A stretch of DNA of 32,000 bases. Origin: Mycolicibacterium smegmatis. Lineage in GTDB: Bacteria; Actinomycetota; Actinomycetes; Mycobacteriales; Mycobacteriaceae. The stretch is taken from contig NZ_LN831039.1 of assembly GCF_001457595.1 (NCBI RefSeq), positions 1,170,001 to 1,202,000 on the forward strand, given 5' to 3'. Below are positions 27,274-32,000 of the stretch, one piece after another. The translations under genes were made by a program, and so were the position numbers. The notes below the pieces were generated by a model. That model was given only the letters and a program-made list of their open reading frames with translations, made no database searches and was not told where the DNA came from. How positions within the stretch are numbered: the first letter of the stretch is position 1; each line of letters begins with the position of its first letter.

Positions 27274-28076
27274 GCGAGAAGACCCGAACGGGGACCGACG
27301 AGATCCGCTACGACGTGAAAGGCCACGTCGCCCGCGTCACCTTCGACCGCCCGCATGTGCTCAACGCGCTCGACGCGAAGAGCACCCAGCGGTGCAACGA
27401 GATCTGGGATCAGATCGAAAACGACCCCAGTGTTCACGTCGTGGTGGTCACCGGCGCGGGCGAGAAGGCGTTCTGCACCGGCGCCGACATGTCGGTCGGC
27501 GGAGTCGGCAAGACCGGCGTTGACTACTGGGCCAGTCTCGACCCGAACGGGTTCGCGGGACTGTCGCTGCGTGAAACGCTCGACGTACCGGTGATTGCGC
27601 GGGTCAACGGCTACGCACTCGGGGGTGGGATGGAGACCGTGCTCGGCGCAGACCTCGTGATCGCCGCGGAGCACGCCACATTCGGCCTCACCGAGCCGCG
27701 GGTAGGCCGCGTTCCGCTGGACGGCGGCATGGTCAAGCTCCGCGAGCGGATTCCGCACACGCAGGCGATGTCTTTGCTGCTCACAGGGCGGAAGGCTTCG
27801 GCGCAGGAGATGGCCGACATGGGCCTGGTCAACGAGGTCGTGCCCATGGCCGAGCTCGACGCAGCCGTCGACCGTTGGGTGGACCAGATCCTCGCGTGCG
27901 CGCCCACCTCGTTGCGCGCGATCAAGCAGGTCGTCACCCGCACTGCCCATCTCTGCCCGAGGGAAGCGCATGCCGCGCGGCTGCCGGCGTTGATGGAGGC
28001 CCTGGTCAGCCCGAACGCCACCGAGGGTGTCGAAGCCTTTCAACAGAAACGCAAGCCGAACTGGAGTGACCGATGA
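27270..28076 (+). CDS. Enoyl-CoA hydratase/isomerase family protein
   Basis: HVARVTFDRPHVLNALDAKSTQ, VVVTGAGEKAFCTGADMSVGG, GYALGGGMETVLGADLVIAAEHATFGLTEPRVGRVPLDGG; ATGA overlap. Confidence 0.9.
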   Translation: MSEKTRTGTDEIRYDVKGHVARVTFDRPHVLNALDAKSTQRCNEIWDQIENDPSVHVVVVTGAGEKAFCTGADMSVGGVGKTGVDYWASLDPNGFAGLSLRETLDVPVIARVNGYALGGGMETVLGADLVIAAEHATFGLTEPRVGRVPLDGGMVKLRERIPHTQAMSLLLTGRKASAQEMADMGLVNEVVPMAELDAAVDRWVDQILACAPTSLRAIKQVVTRTAHLCPREAHAARLPALMEALVSPNATEGVEAFQQKRKPNWSDR

Positions 28077-28960
28077 ACAAGTTGATGCAACCCGGCGTGT
28101 GGGGTGTGCTGGCCACTCCTTTCTCCGGGTCCACCCTCGAGGTCGACGACAACGGTGTCGCCGCGCTGGCCGAACACGCCCAGGCAGTCGGCGCCACCGG
28201 ACTGACCGTGCTGGGTGTCTTCGGCGAAGCAGCCAAGCTGTCATGGGAAGAACGGCGCCGGGTCCTCGAGACGGTGCTCGACACCACCGAGCTGCCCCTC
28301 GTGGTGGGCTGCACCAGCCTGGCCACCGCGCCTGTCATCGACGAGGCGCGGATGGCCGTCGAGCTGGTCGGTGAACGGCTCGCCGGGGTCATGGTGCAGG
28401 CCAACAGCGCCGACCGCGCCACCCTCGCAACGCATTTGCGCGCGGTCAACGAAGCCACCGGCGCCGACGTCGTCGTGCAGGACTACCCGATCATCAGCGG
28501 TGTTCATGTGTCCGCCGGTGTGCTGGGTGACGTGGTCGCCCAATCGCCGTTTGTGACCGCGGTCAAGGCAGAAGCGCCTCCCACTCCGGTGGCCGTTGCC
28601 GAGCTGACCAGACGCGTCGACGTTCCCGTCTTCGGCGGGTTGGGCGGGATCAACCTGCTCGACGAGCTCGCGTGCGGCTCAGCCGGCGCCATGACCGGGT
28701 TCTCTTACCCCGAGGCGCTGGTCGCCACGGTCCGCGCCTGGCGGGACGGGGATCGGATGAAGGCCCGGGCTGCGCTCCTGGACCACCTGCCCCTGATCAC
28801 GTTCGAGCAGCAGGTGGGCATCGCGCTGGCAGTGCGCAAGGAGTGTTTGCGCCGACGCGGACTGATCGCCGAGTCCGGCGTACGACCACCCGGGCGGAGC
28901 CTGCCCGACTGCCTGGCACCTGTCCTGGCCACACACATCGACACCGTCGAAGGACGTTGA
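28073..28960 (+). CDS. DapA/NAL-superfamily lyase or aldolase (dihydrodipicolinate synthase-like)
   Basis: GVWGVLATPFSGSTLEVDDNGV..., VLGVFGEAAKLSWEERRRVLE, candidate Schiff-base Lys in FVTAVKAEAPPTP; ATGA overlap. Confidence 0.85.
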   Translation: MNKLMQPGVWGVLATPFSGSTLEVDDNGVAALAEHAQAVGATGLTVLGVFGEAAKLSWEERRRVLETVLDTTELPLVVGCTSLATAPVIDEARMAVELVGERLAGVMVQANSADRATLATHLRAVNEATGADVVVQDYPIISGVHVSAGVLGDVVAQSPFVTAVKAEAPPTPVAVAELTRRVDVPVFGGLGGINLLDELACGSAGAMTGFSYPEALVATVRAWRDGDRMKARAALLDHLPLITFEQQVGIALAVRKECLRRRGLIAESGVRPPGRSLPDCLAPVLATHIDTVEGR

Positions 28961-29734
28961 ATGGATCTGAAAATCAAGGACCGCGTCGCGCTCGTGCTCG
29001 CCTCCACCGCGGGCCTCGGAGCGGCGACCGCACGGGCACTCGCAAACGAAGGCGCCCACGTGGTCATCACCGGCCGCAACGCCGAGCGCGCCGAGCGACT
29101 CGCTGCCTCACTGCCCTCGGCGACCGCGGTCCCCGTCGACCTCACCGAACCACGAGCAGTCGAGCATCTGCTCACCGCGACGCGCGAGGCCTACGGCGAG
29201 CCCGACATCGTCGTCCTCAACGGGCCGGGCCCCAAGCCCGGCGCCGCTGCCGACCTGGACGCCGAGGACATCGACACCATCGGAGACCTACTGCTGAAAG
29301 CTCATGTGGCGCTGGTGAAGCGGACCCTGCCGCACATGCGCGCACAGGGCTGGGGACGCATCCTCGCGATCGGCTCAAGCGGTGTGCAAGACCCGCTCCC
29401 GATGCTGGTTGCCTCCAACATCGGACGTGCCGGCCTTGCGGCGTATCTGAAGACCCTCGCCTCCGAGGTGGCCGCCGATGGAGTCACCGTGAACCTGCAG
29501 CTGCCCGGCCGCATCGCCACCGACCGTGTCGCTGCCCTGGACGAGGCTGCCGCCCAACGTCAGGGCTGCAGCCCCGAGGAGGTCCGTGCCGCCTCGCAGG
29601 CGAAAATCCCGGCCGGTCGCTACGGGACGCCCGACGAATTCGGTGCGCTTGCCGCTTTCCTGTGCAGTTCCGCAGCCTCGTACATCACCGGCAGCGCCGT
29701 GCGCTGCGACGGCGGCATGCTCGCCCACCTCTAG
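28961..29734 (+). CDS. SDR-family oxidoreductase
   Basis: VALVLASTAGLGAATARALANEGAHVVITGRN; VVLNGPGPKPG; the expected YxxxK position reads NIGRAGLAAYLKTLA, so the catalytic Tyr is not obvious. Confidence 0.87.
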   Translation: MDLKIKDRVALVLASTAGLGAATARALANEGAHVVITGRNAERAERLAASLPSATAVPVDLTEPRAVEHLLTATREAYGEPDIVVLNGPGPKPGAAADLDAEDIDTIGDLLLKAHVALVKRTLPHMRAQGWGRILAIGSSGVQDPLPMLVASNIGRAGLAAYLKTLASEVAADGVTVNLQLPGRIATDRVAALDEAAAQRQGCSPEEVRAASQAKIPAGRYGTPDEFGALAAFLCSSAASYITGSAVRCDGGMLAHL

Positions 29735-29776
29735 CAGTCCTTGAGCCATACCAACCGAAAGACCCCAGGAGACAAC

Positions 29777-31204
29777 ATGATCAACGCCCAGAACCTGATC
29801 GCAGGGGCCTGGGTCGGCGACCCTGATTTCGAGCGCCGCAACCCCGCGAACCCCGACGAGGTCGTCGCCGTCGCGCCTTCCGCCGGCGCCGCAGACGTGC
29901 ACGACGCAGTGGCTGCGGCCTCGGACGCCCAGCCGGGCTGGGCTGCGCTGAGCCCCACGCAGCGTGGCGCCATCCTCATGGATGCTGCCGACCTGCTCCG
30001 CCGGCGACACGAAGATGTTGCGACCGACCTCACCCGCGAGGAGGGCAAGACCCGCGCCGAGGCGATGGGGGAGGTGCGCCGCGCCATCGACGTGCTGCGG
30101 TTCTTCGGCTCTGCTGGTTGGCGAACAGGCGGCGAGACGCTGCCAAGCACGATGCCGAACACCAGCGTGCACACCCGCCAGGAACCCCTCGGCGTGGTCG
30201 GGCTGATCACCCCGTGGAACTTCCCGATCGCGATCCCCGCCTGGAAGATGGCTCCGGCCTTGGTGTCCGGCAACGCCGTGGTGATCAAGCCTGCCGAGCT
30301 CACACCCTTGTCGGTCAACCACCTGGCCACCGCCCTGGTCGATGCCGGACTCCCCGCCGGAGTGCTCAACGTGGTGCACGGCTCGGGTTCTCTCGCCGGC
30401 GACGCGCTGATCCGCCACCAAGATGTCGCCGCCGTGTCCTTCACCGGGTCCACCGGCGTGGGCATGGCGATCCGTGACGTTCTCAATGCGCGCAATGCGC
30501 GTGTGCAGCTCGAGATGGGCGGCAAGAACGCCTATTTGGTGCTCGACGACGCCGACGTCGAGGCCGCCGCGGCCACCGTCGCAGCAGGCGCCTTCAGTCT
30601 CACCGGCCAGGCCTGCACCGCGACATCGCGGGTTTACGTCACCCCGGGTGTCCGAGAGGTCTTCGTCAAAGCCCTTCGCGAGAAGGCGCGCGCCATCGAA
30701 CCCGGCAACGGTCTGGACCCCGGCACCACCATGGGCCCCGTGGTCTCCGAGGCCCAACTTGCCAAGGATGTCGCGGCGATCCGTGCCGCGTCCGAAGCGG
30801 GGTTCGACGTCGGAGAGGTCCGCGACCACGAGGCCCAGTTCCTTGCGCCGGTTGTGGTCTCAGGCGTCTTGCACGATCATCCGCTTGCCACCGATGAGGT
30901 GTTCGGTCCGGTCGTCGGCGTCATCGATGTGGCGGACTACGAACAGGGACTGGACCTTGTCAACGACTCGTCTTATGGGCTCACGGCCGGGATCTGCACC
31001 CGGGACCTGGGCAAGGCCTACCACTTCGCCGCGCGGGCGCAGGTCGGCGTGGTCAAGATCAATCGTCCGACGACCGGGCTCGACCTGAACGTGCCGTTCG
31101 GCGGGGTTCGCGACTCCTCGACCAACACATTCCGCGAGCAAGGCGAGCGCGCCGTGGACTTCTACACCTGGACCAAGAGCGTCTACATCGGCCACGACCT
31201 GTAA
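29777..31204 (+). CDS. Aldehyde dehydrogenase, alpha-ketoglutarate-semialdehyde dehydrogenase-like
   Basis: PWNFPIAIPAWKMAPALVSGNAVVIKPAELTP, ELGG-equivalent LEMGGKNAYLVL, catalytic Cys in SLTGQACTATSRVYV, DLNVPFGGVRDSSTNTFREQG. Confidence 0.9.
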   Translation: MINAQNLIAGAWVGDPDFERRNPANPDEVVAVAPSAGAADVHDAVAAASDAQPGWAALSPTQRGAILMDAADLLRRRHEDVATDLTREEGKTRAEAMGEVRRAIDVLRFFGSAGWRTGGETLPSTMPNTSVHTRQEPLGVVGLITPWNFPIAIPAWKMAPALVSGNAVVIKPAELTPLSVNHLATALVDAGLPAGVLNVVHGSGSLAGDALIRHQDVAAVSFTGSTGVGMAIRDVLNARNARVQLEMGGKNAYLVLDDADVEAAAATVAAGAFSLTGQACTATSRVYVTPGVREVFVKALREKARAIEPGNGLDPGTTMGPVVSEAQLAKDVAAIRAASEAGFDVGEVRDHEAQFLAPVVVSGVLHDHPLATDEVFGPVVGVIDVADYEQGLDLVNDSSYGLTAGICTRDLGKAYHFAARAQVGVVKINRPTTGLDLNVPFGGVRDSSTNTFREQGERAVDFYTWTKSVYIGHDL

Positions 31205-31233
31205 GCGCCACCTCGTCCCGTTACCGCTTCCGC

Positions 31234-31290
31234 CGAGAGCGACGAAAATGCCGTGTGGACACGCTCCACGCGGCATTTTCGTTCCTCTCG
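31234..31290. terminator. Long inverted repeat after the aldehyde dehydrogenase (putative terminator)
   Basis: CGAGAGCGACGAAAATGCCGTGTGG (31234-31258), 7-nt loop, CCACGCGGCATTTTCGTTCCTCTCG (31266-31290); 22 of 25 positions pair. Confidence 0.75.
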
Positions 31291-31411
31291 ACGCTAAATC
31301 GGGATAAGCCCGGGGGTTCGACTCCCCGCGAGTTCAAAGGGTTACCCAGCACCGATTTGTTGCCACCATGGCCGAGTTCGTCACAAGCTCGTCAATGGGG
31401 GGAGGGCCGTC

Positions 31412-32000
31412 ATGCGGCCACCACGTTCGGTGTTCGCACCGATCGGAGCACTACTGGCCACAGCCGCCCTGGTGCTGACGGCGTGCGGATCATCGGGGAA
31501 TTCCGCACAGACCGTCGACGGCAAGACCGTGGTCCGATATCAGGGCTGGACCGGTCAGGTCGAATTCCAGGAGCTCGCTGAAGAACTCGGCTATTACAAC
31601 ATGATCCAGCTGGACTGGGTCGGCAACACCACCAGCGGGCCACAGGACATCCAGTCGGTGGCCACCGGCGATATCGACGTCGGTTCGGCGTTCAACGGTG
31701 CCGTGGTGAAACTCAACGCCGCGGGCGCCCCGATCACCTCGGTGCTCAGCTCATACGGCGCCGACGAGGGCGAGTACACCGGGTACTTCGTGCTGGAGGA
31801 CAGCCCGATCCGTTCCGCGCGTGACCTGATCGGCAAGAAGGTCGGCATGAACACCCTCGGCGCACACCACGAGTTCCTGACTCGCGAGTGGCTCGCTCAG
31901 CAGGGCCTGTCCAACGACGAGATCAAGACCGTGACGCTGACGGTCGTGCCACCGGTGAACACCGAACAGGCGTTGCGGGAGAAGCAGATCGACGTCGCGG
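31412..32000 (+). CDS. ABC transporter substrate-binding lipoprotein, SsuA/NitT/TauT-like, truncated by the window edge
   Basis: MRPPRSVFAPIGALLATAALVLTACGSSGN (lipobox LTAC); RYQGWTGQVEFQELAEELGYYN...GNTTSGPQDIQSVATGDIDVGSAFNGAVVKL. Confidence 0.85.
   Translation, partial: MRPPRSVFAPIGALLATAALVLTACGSSGNSAQTVDGKTVVRYQGWTGQVEFQELAEELGYYNMIQLDWVGNTTSGPQDIQSVATGDIDVGSAFNGAVVKLNAAGAPITSVLSSYGADEGEYTGYFVLEDSPIRSARDLIGKKVGMNTLGAHHEFLTREWLAQQGLSNDEIKTVTLTVVPPVNTEQALREKQIDVA

Noticed and set aside
28672-29826. Plus-strand 384 aa ORF across the DapA-like/SDR junction
   Set aside because: Alternate frame of two coupled genes with strong family motifs; Arg/His/Pro-rich translation.
29375-30829. Minus-strand 484 aa ORF antisense to SDR and ALDH
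   Set aside because: Typical shadow ORF opposite well-conserved enzymes.
31311-31337. Complete tRNA gene near 31.3 kb
   Set aside because: Only a T-arm-like segment is present; no acceptor 5' strand, D-arm or anticodon arm can be built upstream.

Overview
High-GC actinobacterial chromosome, most like a fast-growing Mycobacterium/Mycolicibacterium (family-level inference from gene order menJ-grcC1-htpX-...-gpsA; no database was searched). From left to right the window holds: an operon edge with a Vms1/eRF1-like (baeRF) protein; a TspO-family gene; divergent menJ/grcC1; htpX; a roughly 0.7 kb hairpin-rich non-coding gap; two small exported proteins; a Zn-alcohol dehydrogenase/APC permease pair divergent from an XRE-cupin regulator; gpsA; a complete yrbEAB-mceABCDEF operon with two accessory genes; a second XRE-cupin regulator followed by a tightly coupled catabolic operon (MHS/MFS transporter, FAD oxidoreductase, CaiB-type CoA-transferase, enoyl-CoA hydratase, DapA-like lyase, SDR, ketoglutarate-semialdehyde-like ALDH); and the start of an ABC substrate-binding lipoprotein. 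The best candidates for undescribed biology are the catabolic operon with unassigned substrate, two strong palindromes next to the XRE-cupin regulators, a nested-hairpin leader that pairs with the SD of a small exported protein, a cluster of at least four hairpins after htpX, an ECF-sigma-like promoter and RBS hairpin before htpX, and a 10-codon ORF overlapping the yrbEA start. I found no CRISPR array, rRNA, complete tRNA or complete mobile element.
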